Shown here: positions 25,142 to 37,400 of the stretch, piece after piece
How positions within the stretch are numbered: the first letter of the stretch is position 1
Layout of the letters: every line of letters begins with the position of its first letter
Assembly (NCBI GenBank): GCA_048772705.1
Contig: JBLWGC010000104.1
Span: 186,001 to 250,000 of the forward strand
Origin: Leidyana gryllorum EB-2025a
Taxonomy: Eukaryota > Protista > Apicomplexa
Direction: 5' to 3'
Length of the DNA stretch: 64,000 bases
The notes under the pieces: model-generated
Seen by the model: only the letters and a program-made list of their open reading frames with translations
Database searches by the model: none
Told to the model about the DNA's origin: nothing
Position numbers and translations under genes: made by a program

Positions 25142-26664
25142 ATGAGCGACCCGTTCGGCGACGATGGCGATGTTATCAAGGCAACTCACGTTCAACTAGA
25201 TCCCAATGATGTGGAAGACGTTGTGGGAGGGGAAGCGATGGAAGAAATGCTCCCAGAAGAGCGAGGGGGTGCCGGCAGTGGTTCTCATGCTGCCTCCGTC
25301 ACACGTCTAGTGCCTCTATCCAATTTGTCAAGTGTGAGTGTCAAGCAGTCAGTTGCTCTGGTGTATCGCTGAAGCAGCTGGAAACAGGCCTGGCTGGCGG
25401 ATATTTTGCAGTTTACACGGCTTGCGGCCTGTAAGTGACGTGCTCGTTTGTTTATTTCTACCATAATCTTGACCCACATCAGGCTCGTGGTAAGAAGGTG
25501 GACTCAAGAGGGCATCACCAAGTGTGCGACCTCGATATTTTCAGGGGTTTTGGCACAAGAATGATGAGCTGTCGTAGGTGGACTTGCAGCTGACCGATAT
25601 AATTCCTATGTCAGATCTATTCAATTCGGCATGGTTGCTGGATATTTAGGGTCATTAGTTCCTTTACTTTTGATAGACTATTACACCACCCCAATCCTAG
25701 TTGGTTCAGTATGCATAGTGGCTGGTTAGTGTACATCCGCACTTATCCCTTCAACGACCATGTTCGTTCATCCAATGTACAGGATTGATTTCGGCGATCT
25801 TTGTTTGGCAAAATCCCTCGGTTCGCATCAAAGAAGTGTCCTTTCTGTGAGTAGTTAGTCGCCAATTGCATGACATTGCTAGTGTCAGAACGTGTGCTGC
25901 CCTCTTAGCAGCACTGGCGTTTGAGAGTCTGATATGCTGTTGGGCACCCGATTCATTGGGATTTATTGAGCCATTGGCCAATCTGCTGGAGATCTCGAAC
26001 CGTACCAGCTTAGTACTGTGAGTTAGTTGCCTTGACAGCTCCGAAAACAATAGCTTTACCCAGTTTGAGGCTGCCCGTGGTAGCTGGACTGACGATCGGG
26101 ATAGCCTTATTCCTTCGTCGAATCACTCGAGGCCAATCGAGTAATCGTCCACCACCTGGTCAGCACAATCGGCCCTCTGTTGACGCACAATTGCCGTTTG
26201 TGGTGTCGACACGGGCGTGGATTGTTGCTTTCGTTGGTGGCCAGATGACAGTGGCTGGGTTGAGTGCTGCCGCAACCTTCTTCAGCAGAATCCGCTTTCC
26301 TCTACACCCAGTGGTCTTTACCGGTCTCGCCACTCCTTTCTGGTGAGTACTTACGTTACTACGGGTCATTCACCTTTAACGGTGGGCAGGTTCGGCGAGC
26401 ACCAAATGTGGTATGGCGTCGGGGGCTGGATTGTTCTTACACTATTAATGTACTGGGTGCGAACCGCCGATCTTGCGGGCCTTAGAGACAACCTCCGGCG
26501 GAAAGGAACCGTTGAACAGAGCTTAAGTCTTGAAGAACGGTGGCAGAGGAGCTTTTCAAGCAGTTTGACCGAAGCGAATCACGAGGAACAGGTACGTTTT
26601 CCTTGTGAAACCAACACTTCAAGGCCTCTTTCTGCTGTACCTTCCACAGGCGTCCTTAATATGA
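25142..26664 (+). CDS. Hypothetical multi-pass membrane protein A; about 8 exons
   Basis: Continuous frame reconstructed through short GT-AG introns from MSDPFGDD; several hydrophobic segments; 3' end ambiguous. Confidence 0.55.
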
Positions 26665-27565
26665 GCGAGTCGAACATGGACCTCAGTGCTCTCTTCCGGG
26701 CGCTCAAAGCACCGCCCGTGACGGGATGGACACGAAAGTTGATTTCCCGCGGATGTATAGGAGCATTTGTGGGAATGTGTTTAGGGATGATCACCAGCCT
26801 GTTTGTGAATGTGGCTCTGGTGGAGATATCCGTCTCACATTTCTTCGCTTTGGTAAGGCCTTCGCAACGTTGCGGTTGTGCATAGTTGACTCATCTCCAG
26901 TATTTCGGTATTCTGTTTATCTTCACTGGAATAGTTATCGCTTGGCGAGTGTCGAGTGCCCCCTTGGCGGACGATTCTATCCAGAGTCGTCAACGATTTC
27001 TCATGGCACTGTCTGTCATGGTGTCGGCGACGGGGTTGCTTTGCTGTTTCGTCAAACGCAGCTGGTTCTTCTCACTGCCCAGGATCGCAAAGATCCCAAT
27101 CTATTCTGTTATTGGGACAAGTATTTCTTACGCTTTGATCTTCTCGGCCATAGACCTCTTGAACGTTGGAGTTGGTCTCTGTCAGACCACTTTCCGACGG
27201 GCTTTGATCGAGTCTCCGGCACAGGTAGGTGGTCGTTCTGCTCCACTGGACCTTTATTTGACCTGTCACAGGTGACTTTGACTGTGGCTGCAGCTCTCTT
27301 CCTCGGGTGTTTCTTTGGGTTTATTTTTGGACTGCTCAACGTGGCTAATGAAGTCAGCTATCACGTGCGGTTGAGTTTGCTGCGGGAGGAGCAGTTTTGT
27401 TATCCCATAGGGGCTGCAGTGGGTGCTCTGGTAAGATGAGAGATCATTGGATTGAGGTAATCTTATTTTTGTTTTGGTCAGGCTGGGTTCGCCAGTGAGT
27501 ATCTTCACAATCAGGAAGAGGGCTACATTGCTCTGAAAAGAGCGGAATATGATGCCGACATTTGA
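26661..27565 (+). CDS. Hypothetical multi-pass membrane protein B; 3 introns
   Basis: MSESNMDL...GAFVGMCLGMITSLFVNVALVEIS...FFGFIFGLLNV...CYPIGAAVGAL; about 6 TM segments; ends EYDADI*. Confidence 0.7.
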
Positions 27566-27587
27566 TCAGGAATTATTTTGCTATTTG

Positions 27588-27799
27588 AAAGGGATTCTGC
27601 TGACATGGTGGCTGACAAATCTGTCAGTCACACACTTAGCCAGAAACGAGTTACCAGCCTTCCAGATTGGACCGAGTACGACGGGTTGATAGAGATCGAG
27701 TGACGGTTGGAGACAAGTTCGTTCGAGTCTCAATCGACGGCTCAGACTCTCGGCGTGCACTCGTTCCGCCTCTCGGGTGTTCTGGTGACACTCCTTTTT
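27588..27799 (+). ncRNA. Candidate H/ACA-type structured RNA (about 200 nt)
   Basis: Hairpin 27595-27645, ANANNA box (AAACGA 27644-27649), long hairpin 27651-27787, ACA at 27788-27790 followed by 4 nt and a T5 run; G-U pairs favour the + strand. Confidence 0.5.
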
Positions 27800-27824
27800 C
27801 CCTCGCAAACAACCTTTCTTCGCC

Positions 27825-28736
27825 TCACTTCCGGAACCGAACCCGCGATAGCAAGTAGTCTAGAAGCGCTTCTGGATATTTCTCTCGTACATAGGAAACG
27901 GACCGAACAACTTGGTAACCACTGCGCGGGAGTGTGAGACAGATCGACCGTTTTAACTCGTCGTCACTTACTTTTCCCATCTGAGGGTTACTTTATACTC
28001 CTCAACGGATTCTTCAGGACCTCTTCCCATATGCCACACAGCGACTTTGCCTTCAGGCACTTTATGGGTCAGTTCAGCTGAGGATTCCTCGCGTTCAGCT
28101 CTGAAGCGACCACAGTATGTTGACCAGAAGCAGCGGGAGAGTTGACGGCTTACGAGGCTTCCGGTGGGGGAGGCTTGCGCTTGGTGCCTCGACTCTCATT
28201 CGCAGACTTTGGAGCCGACGATGCAGGTAGGGGTGTGGTTTTGGGCTGCTGAGAAGCGGGTGCTGCAGAGCTCTTAGATGGCGCAGTTGGTTTAGTACGT
28301 GGCTTGGTGGCGGCTGCGACAGGAGGACAACAAGTAATGGCAGTCAGGGGAGGCAAAGAAGCGCAAGACAGCGTCCCTCTCAGTGGGAATCCATTGGAAT
28401 CAAAGTTCGTTTTTGATTCACGAGGCGAGTCCTCACTTGAGAGTACGACCTGCGCGGACGCGATGTGTTAGGGGGCTCACCTTTGGTGGTTTTGGCAGGT
28501 TTCTCAGCCTCTTTAGCCGCCGCCGCCCTCAACTGAGTCATTTTGGACTTCATGGCAGCACTCGGTTCGAGTATGTTGTCTTCTGGTTCCCACGTATTCT
28601 GGGACGAAGGATATCCCTTCCATTTGACCAGGAACCGGTCAACACCTTTGTCGTCAACTTTGTAGTCCACAACATCCTCCATTTCGTACACCTCCTCCGC
28701 AGGAGCTTTGGTACCTTTGAGAGATCGGCGCGGCAT
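27825..28736 (-). CDS. HP1: Heterochromatin protein 1 (chromodomain + chromoshadow domain); multi-exon
   Basis: YEMEDVVD...FLVKWKGYPSSQNTWEPEDNI; spliced last exon VSYVREKYPEALLDYLLSRVRFRK* resembles the apicomplexan chromoshadow C-terminus. Confidence 0.85.
28375..28443 (-). ncRNA. Candidate intronic box C/D snoRNA in HP1 intron 1
   Basis: CTCTC-AA-GTGAGGA (box C variant) ... CTGA-GAGGG: terminal stem/K-turn layout inside a 167-nt intron. Confidence 0.45.
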
Positions 28737-28906
28737 ATCGCTATCTAGCTATAAATCGGTGGAAGGAGAGGTTTAAAGCTCAAGTGTACGTCTCCTAACT
28801 TGAGAGAGTGTAAAAAAACCGTCTAAACCCTCTGTCTCCACTCCATACCACAGCTCACTTTCAGCCCAGCAACCCCTCTCTCATAACCACACACAAGTCA
28901 CTCTCT

Positions 28907-31900
28907 CTAAGTCAATGTGGTTACTTTGTGTGACGACTCATTGTCATCGTCGTCCCTCAGGCCATCATTACTGTTAGCTGACACCATCGGAGGTGTATCT
29001 TCCCCTCCCTTTTCCTCAAGCACTCCGCGCAGATGCTGTGAGGACCTGCCCATCGCCCCCCACCCAGACTCACTCCGCTCGTGATACTGCTGACTGCCAG
29101 TGCGTAAATTAGCCGAAGTCTGGGAATCGACCAGAGTGATCGCTCGTCTCATCCGTTTGGGGGCCTCATCCTCTTCACTACTCACCCCCGATCGGGCGTG
29201 ACTGGCCTCATATCGGCGAGATTCCATATTTGACTCGAGATCTTCCAACTTGGGGAAAGGAGTCATCGCGCCGATGACCTCATCTGAGTGGAACCGCAAA
29301 GTCAGCAGCCCGTTCAATCCCACATAAGCGGCCTTCAAGAAGGACTCCTCCACACCAAAGCTGAAACAAACACACGTGTGCAAAGTTCAATTTTCGTCGT
29401 CGCAACTTACTCGCAAGCCTCTTTGAGGATGTTGGCAAACTTTTGCACATGACGGAGCATCGTGAAGTAGTCGGCTTGCTCCTCGTGCAAAATACGGTGA
29501 TAAAAGGTGGCCGCGGTGCCGTGGAACTGGATAGGGCCGGGATTACAGAAGCGGTCCTGATCTTCCCACTGAGGTCGCGCAACTTTCATCCATCGCAAAG
29601 CACGGCATTGCAGATTGACTTCAGCGTTGGGAATGATCGGCATATCTGTCTGTTTAGAACTCTTCCGACTGTTATTGAGGTACGGGTGGACCTGCAGATC
29701 CTGCTGCACAGGAATGAGGGTCAGTAGGCAGTTGAACGGGACAGCGGTCAACTTCCAATCGTCAACCTCGCCACACAGACCCCGGACATTGGTCAAATGG
29801 CCAGTAATGTCCGATTCGATACACATCGCCGCCAAGTGTCCGTGTGCAAACGCCAGAGTCGAGTCGAACTGAGACGGCATAGCACTCCGGCCTTGGTATC
29901 CAAAGTAGTGGCAGACTGCTTGGAAGGTCCCTTGATACTGTCCGCTTTCTTGGCGTTTGAGCAGTTCTTGTTTGACCATTTGACTGAGCAAAACCTCAGT
30001 CTCAACCGAAGCGTCTCGCAGCTCAGGATTGGTTTGCAGAAACTCTTTCTGAATAAACCCAGGCAGAGTTCGCCAGACAGCCAAACTCCACGGAGTCAAA
30101 CGGTTGAGCCAAACAGTCTTGGGAGCCTTCTGTGGCTGATCGGGAGACGTCTCAGCACACACTGTGGTCAGAGGACTCTGTGCGGGTGAGGCGCTCTCCG
30201 CGAGCAGCTCCAATCGCAGCTCGTGCAGTTTACCCTGAGCCTGTGCATCCTGCAACATTTGATCCAACTCCTTCATGAGAAGTCGCATCGTCGGCAAGTG
30301 ATGCCACAGGCCATCGGGAATTAATACTGCTCCAAAGTTTCTGCATCTCCGTTCACCCTTCTTCTTGGCTAATGTCTTGACACCCTCGGCTCGACGACAG
30401 ACGACATCGGCGATGTCGTTAACCACATCGACCAAAGTCTTCTGTCCGGCACCGTACTCCTCAGCGATGATAACCACATTCGGATGCGTCTGCAAGGCAC
30501 ACTCCAATACCTCGTTACTCGGCTGACGACCCATCAATCTAACAAAATGCCAATACTTTGGCATTGATGCGGCGTCCGTCAGAACATTGCCGATCAGAGA
30601 GGCATACAGCTGCAAAAGTGTGTTGAAGACAGTTGAAAGGGCAACAATGGAGGAATGAGGGTATCACCTTGGAAGCAGTATCGAAGCCAATGTTGGTTTC
30701 GATCAGTTCGTGGAGAACGTTGTTTGAAGCGGTGGCTGCCACTCCAATGATACACGTTTTCTGACCCTTCTCCACAAAATATTCGGTCAGCAAAGCGGCT
30801 TCGGTCATACCCAATGACGAGCCAACCAGTACCAACCCGTCAAGATTCATCTCTCGACACGTCATACGAACTTGTTTCTGATTCTCTCTCTTCAACAGCT
30901 CGTGTCGGGTTCCACGACCAATCAGGTCAACGCCTCCCATATTCTTGAAAGGTACCAAATCGTCGTCGCGGAGCTCAATATAGGATTTGTTCAAAATCCC
31001 ATTGACTCCTTTGAAACCGAACACTACACCTCCGCGCATCTTGACTCGCTCGTGAAGTCCCCAGATAATATTCAACATGCCTGGAGACTGACGCGATAGA
31101 AAGGCGATACCCACACGTAAACCGGACTTTGTTGGCCGCGGATTATCGGTCAAACTGGACTCGGAGCGAACTTCTTGTAAAAAGAAGTCATTGTCGCGGG
31201 CGAGTTCCGGATAATAAGTGAGGATCTGTCGACGTACGTAAGGATCCTTGGGCAAATATTGAGTCGATCGAGTCAAACAGGCCCGCTGATCCTTACACAC
31301 AGTAGGAAGCTGGGGCCTCCATCTCCGACGCTCTTGTTGGAGCTCGGAGTAGTTGCCCAGCCTCTTTGGTACCACAGCTCTCTTCTCCCCCCAGAGTTCC
31401 TCGCTCTCGCCCGCGAGCAATGTTGTCAAATTCGGTACGTCGATAGTGTAATTGCTGATGTTCGAAGATGGGCCTTCGAATTGAATGGGTCCCGGACACC
31501 TGTAATAGTCTCCCATACGCCACATCTTGCGAGCTTCTTCAAAGACTTTGAAGCCCGGCGACGTAATGTCAACCAGCTGCCGGGTAATGGCGGGAATGCG
31601 ACCACCATTCCCAGGCAAATCAATCATCTGAGGGCAGTTTGATATCCACTCCCACATCCTACCGTCATTAATTGAGGGAAAGGAACGCCGCTGGGAATCC
31701 ACTCGCTAGCGCCCTGCACAAGGCCGCGTACGACGGCCATGTAGCCATTTCTCCCGTGTTCGATCAGGCATCCAGCCGTATATCCCAAATTATAGCAATA
31801 ATTAGCGTCAAAGTTGGACGGCATCGCGCAACGCCCTTCATATCTGAGATGACATACGTGTGTGCGCTGCTGACAATCAAATTTGGGAGCTCACCCAAAG

Positions 31901-33499
31901 TAATGATGCATTCTGGTCAGATCATCTAGATTGAAGCCGCGGGCTTGTAACTCTTTCTCCACCAAAAGGATCAATAAGCGTTCCGTGGCGATCTTGGCCT
32001 CTTGCACATACCCAGTGGCCTCCCTATCCCCGAGCAGCTGCGCTTGTATACTTTCAGGGAGGAATTTCCAGAGTTTGCAGCTGTTCTCCGATAGTTGTTC
32101 AGGATCAAAGAAGGACCCCGCGCTCAGCGGAGGTTGGTGTCCAAGTTCGTCGATCAATGTTTTCATCTCGGGTATGAAACCTATGAGTCCTTCAGGCACC
32201 AGGATGATACCATAATTCTTGCCGAGTTTCTCTGCTCGTTCAATGATCATGGAAGCGATATCGCTGACTATATCCGCCAGCGATATGTTCTTGGCCTTAA
32301 TCTCCTCTCCTATGAGTACCATATTGGGTCTAGTTTGCATAGCGCATTCCAGGACCAAATGAGAGGCCGATCGACCCATAACACGGACAAAATGATAGAC
32401 GCCTTGGCCAGCGCACACATCAGTACATAGATTTCCAATAAGTTCAGAGTAAGTTTTTGCGGCAGTGTCAAATCCGAAGGAACATTCTATCGCGGCGTTC
32501 TTCAGATCGCCGTCAATAGTTTTAGGGATTCCGACAACTGCACAGCCGGGGCAGTGCTGAGCAAAGTATTCAGCGAGGATTGCGGCGTTCGAGTTTGATC
32601 CATCCCCTCCAACAATGATGAGTCCGCGGAGATCCAAAGCTCGGACGATCTAGAATTGCAGGGCCAAGTAATTAGGCACGCCAGTGCGTAGAACTCACCT
32701 CTACAGCGGCCTCTTTGTCTTGTTCGTGTACTTTCCCGCGGCCGGACCAAAACATATCGAAGCCACCAGTGTTGCGGAAGCGATTCATCATTGCGTCATC
32801 AACGATTTTGGATTCTCTATTGAAGAAACCATCCAAACCACCCATGAAACCTAATAGCTGTGAGCTATCACTGACAGATTTGATATAGTCATATACACCA
32901 GCGATAACATTGTGACCACCGGGAGCTGGACCACCACTTAGAACCAATCCCACACGAAGTGCCTTTCGCGAACACATAAAACGGGTGTGTTCCTCAGGAT
33001 TTGTTATCGGTTGAACCTCCACTGCCGGAGCATCGAATAGTTTCGGATGAGCCGCTTTCAGATCGTCTTCCAGATATCGTTTCAAATTCGGGACTTCGAT
33101 CTCCTGCAAAATGGTCCCAGTGTCTCGCATGAAACGATCAGACAATACACATTGCATCCGCTGCCTCTCCTTCTGAACCGGAGAAAAGAAGTCGAATAGA
33201 TCAGCAGATTGGAGGTGAGTCTGCCCCCGCGAGCCGTGCATAGGGGGCTCCGCAGGAGTCACATTGCCTCCATCCCAACTCGACATCATCGTCTTCCTCG
33301 GACTGTCAATGAATTGGGCGTGCTCAGCACTTCGACCCCCAAACGGCGGCTCTCGCGTCGCATCAATACGATTCGCCGACAACGCATCTTCGTACAGAGG
33401 ATCATCCAATACTATCGAGAATCCTCGTCGGGTTGCATAATCCGTCCCCTCTGTACGAGTTAACCCAGGACGATCCGGTGACGACTGCTGCTGAGACAT
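28907..33499 (-). CDS. PFK: Phosphofructokinase, PPi-PFK-related clade, fused catalytic and degenerate halves; multi-exon
   Basis: SGGPAPGGHN, GGDGSN, PKTIDGD, MGRSAS in the first half; degenerate SRQSPG, AATASNN, MGRQPS in the second half. Confidence 0.93.
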
Positions 33500-33510
33500 C
33501 TACAACAATT

Positions 33511-33957
33511 CACTCCGTCACCCTCAAACGTTCTATTTCCCCGTAAACAAATTTATCCCCAATCTCTAATGCCAACAGTGACTAAGATCAAATATTAAAC
33601 GCTCTCGCTCCCATCCTCACCCTCTTCGATGCTGATGCAGCCAATCTGTTCATGTAAATCAAATCCTCCACCAGAATCTCTGAGTCCGACTCGACTCGAT
33701 TGACCACATAGTCAGCGTGCACCGCCCCAGGTAACCCTTCCATCATGTTCACTGGACATGCAACAAAAACCCTCACCTCGGTACAATGTGTAATCACCGC
33801 CCAAGTTCAAGCCGTCACCCACTATAAAACCTCGAGCCCGCAGATCCTCATGTAGCCTATCCACCTCGCCCACCTCAACTGGGGCCAATACTCTACGCCC
33901 ACCCTGTATTTTCAATAATACCTGACTCCGGTCGTCTCCACGTAAGACCCCAAGCAT
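33511..33957 (-). CDS. tRNA-splicing endonuclease catalytic subunit (SEN34-like), about 120 aa; 2 introns
   Basis: LHEDLRARGFIVGDGLNLGGDYTLY...HADYVV...RLAASASKR: Tyr/His/Lys triad pattern. Confidence 0.75.
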
Positions 33958-33979
33958 TGCCAAAAACAAAAAACACAAT

Positions 33980-34482
33980 ATGGGAAGCTCAAGCAAGAGA
34001 AAACGCGCTGAGAAAGAAGAGGCCGCCGCCGCCGCCGGTGAAACCGAAACCAAGCACAAGAAACATCGTAGCTCGGAGGAGAAGGCTAGCAAGTCCAAAT
34101 CTAAGTCCAAAAATGTTGAGGCTTCAGCTCCTGCGCAAATAGAACAACCTACACCCACACCTGCCCCAACTCCTCCTGCTGCACTGGAGTCGGCACCAGC
34201 GGCAGCTGCAACCACCGGAGGATCGGTGGATCCATCTGATGGCAGCTGGGTCTGGATGCTAAACTCCAGCACCCGTCTACAGATTCATGAAGTAAGCAAG
34301 CTATGCAATGGGATGCTCTTATTAATTCTTATCTTTAGTTCAAAGGCCAAATGTTGGTCGATATCCGCAAACTCTGGAACGGGAACCCCACTAAGAAGGG
34401 TGTTTCTTTGTCCCTGGACCAATTCAAGCAAATCCAGCAATGGAACGGACTCGAAAATGCACTATCTCAGATTAAAAAGTAG
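33980..34482 (+). CDS. SUB1: Transcriptional coactivator PC4/Sub1; 1 intron
   Basis: Lys-rich N-terminus; spliced RLQIHEFKGQMLVDIRK...PTKKGVSLSLDQF. Confidence 0.85.
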
Positions 34483-34483
34483 C

Positions 34484-37400
34484 TCAAAGAACTATTGGTC
34501 CACGGGCGTTGCTCACATCCATGGCTTCAAACACTTCACGCCGAACAACAGCACACTGACCGGGATCCTTGAAATCACCACCTATAGCATTGTGTAAATC
34601 CATGCTGGGATCTTCCAAGAACCAGTTGTTGGGACGGATCAATGCACTCAGGGTATTTCCTATAGGAATCGTGAGGGGATAATCTTCGGAGCAAGGCACA
34701 TGTAAAAATCCCATGCTCATCCATGTCACCAGATCACTATGCCTGATGGTTTCATTGTCGTTGATGTATCTGTCTACGCAGACAGCTGGGTCACCAGCGA
34801 ACTTGTTGTCTCGGGGAAGTGTGGCGTCCAGCTCGTCATATTTGAAGACAGTGGTGAAGACGCGATACTTCGCCCACGCCGCCGGTCCCTTGTAGAGCTC
34901 AAAGTGCGGCGCATTGGGATAGTTCGCGAATCCAGGGAATACTCTCCATCCGCCGTGATTCCCGTAGGTATCCCGATTTTCGTCGACAATCTCGTATGCC
35001 ACCTGCCGGCTGAAGTTCATCGGGATTGCTGCTTCCAACTCTCCTTCCGCGAACTTTCTTTCGATGTAATTGGCTCCAATTCTCTTCGGATCTGGCACAA
35101 TCTCTTCAAAGTAGACGGAGTTGTCGGTGTAGTCGTCTCCCAGATCAAAGTCGATGCGCCAGTTCACAATGTGGGCATGAAGAGCCGCAAATCTCATTGC
35201 GCCAGTCACTTGAGTTCCGTAGTGGACTTGCCGAGAAGACCACCACGGCACTTCAACACCAGCGTATAATTCTCCAGTGAAAGACACTTTCATCTCCACA
35301 TGACCACTGCTGTGGAAGACATACGTGGTAACGTAGTCGTAGTTAGAGACAGTGAGCATTTGACGCACGTGCAATGCATAGTGTGCCGCCGCATCTCTGA
35401 TCTCGCCAGCCCGATAGTGACTGCGTACCGGACGTGCCATGTCCTGTTCCCAGACGCACAGTGATTGATCCCAGAATAGAAGGACGCCGTGTTTGGGGCA
35501 CTCGTACCCTCTCAAAACAGGTCTAGCTGCTCCACCCAATCCTCCATACCAACTGTCCATGAAGAAAAAGGTGCGTTCCGAGACAGTGTAATGCGCCAGA
35601 GCTTCCTGCAGACCCATTTGGAAAGCCACTTGCTCATCTTGGAACTTCAAGTTCCAAAACTGCAATGACTTGTCGCGATCATTGGTAACGGTGAAACTCC
35701 ACCCTGCGTAGTCAATGCTGAAACTGGCTCCGCCTGGATGACTTTTCACGGTGAAACGCTTGCCTTCGGGCTCCACATGCTCAGGAGGCACCCTGTGGAT
35801 CATGTCGAGTCACATTCATATCTACTCACCTATACTCGAGACCAGCACGTCTTCGCGCTCTGTCCAAGTCCAGGCCTGCGGTGCCGGCTGCTCCGGCGTA
35901 TGGACCAGGTGCTAGACGCCTCTTGCCGCGCTCAGCGGCGACTTTGTTGGCGTGATGTTCACGTTCGCGTTCCATTCTCTCGTGGAAGATGTTCATGTTG
36001 AATCTCTCCACCCGCTTCTCATTATAAGCGTGCACCAACTCCTCCAAACTGCGGAAGTAAGCGCCGTTGTACCAACAGTGTCTGGCATCATTGAACCAGT
36101 CAACATTGTCCAAATGGGCTTGAATATCGTGAGGTGGCATCTCTGCCAACGATCGCAACCCCAAGTCGTCTGCTTTGAGAGCAAAGAAGAATGGAACGGG
36201 TGAACCATCTGGCCTTTTCAATCCAACCCAAATCGTCCCTTCGCGATCCTCTTGACTTATCTGATACTTCTCTTTCGCAAGCTTGCGTGTACGATCCAAA
36301 CGATCTTCTTTTGCATGGGGCGAGCTTTGATGATTCAGCCCGGCGGCCTCCATATTGTAATTCTCCGGAGTTTCGAAAGCAATGGCGCCGAGTCGCAGGC
36401 ATCGAGCATCTCCCTTGAGACACTCTGAAGTCCCGAATGTATACTCGAAACTCTCTTTGAGAATCCTCTGCAATCCTGCATGGTCTCCAACGGCACCCAA
36501 ACGGCGTCGACCGAATATGCCTTCGGGTAGGTATCCGCCGCAAGACGTTTCGATCGGTTGTGCCAGCATTTCGTAGTGCATTGAAGATTCGTCCACATCC
36601 AATGGGCCAACCTTATATTGTTTGTAATAGCCACGATCGCCCTCCAAACAGGTCCCAACACGGATGCGAGCATACCGTTTGGGCATTTCTCCCCCATCCT
36701 TCAGGTATTTGTAGATCTCCGTTCTGAAATCACCATGATGTAGGACTGGAAAAGTATTAAACTTACTTGTTTGGCAAGAGATTCGCTCTGTACACCCCCT
36801 CCAACTTCAACTCTTTCTGACCGAGGATAAATCTCCTCACTTTGAGCTCTTCGTCACCGGTCAGAGGATCAAAGGGTGTACCTTTGTCATCTCTTTCCGC
36901 TATCCTGGGGAACGCGGGTTGCTCGCAGAATCTGCCGTAGGATACCGTGGGATATCCATTGGCCCACATCTCTTTCTCTTTCATACTCATGCTTCCATCT
37001 CGAGTGGCGGTGGCACAGAATATCTTGTAGGGCGTCTGAGCCTTCACTCCTCTAATAGCAATCTTCAAGAGCGTATGTGGGTCGTTGGCGAAATCGTCTA
37101 CACTCAGTTCTGCTCCAGCTCCTGCGTCTTTGATGTCTTTGACGCCTGGGAATTCCAAGCTTTCGGGAGCGGCAGCACACCAAACTTTGCCGGGCCCATC
37201 AAGCTCGATGTAGACGTCGAACCCTTTTGCGATGGTAGAAACTCGAGAGATCTTTGCTGTTGGAGCACGCTTGCGAGTGTGGAACTTCACAGGGTCTGCG
37301 GAATTTGCCATGGTGATGCCGCCCTTCGCCAAATCCTCATCACTGGTGACGTGCTTCTGAGGAATAGCAAAATCTTCTGCAACACAGAACAAGGTATAAT

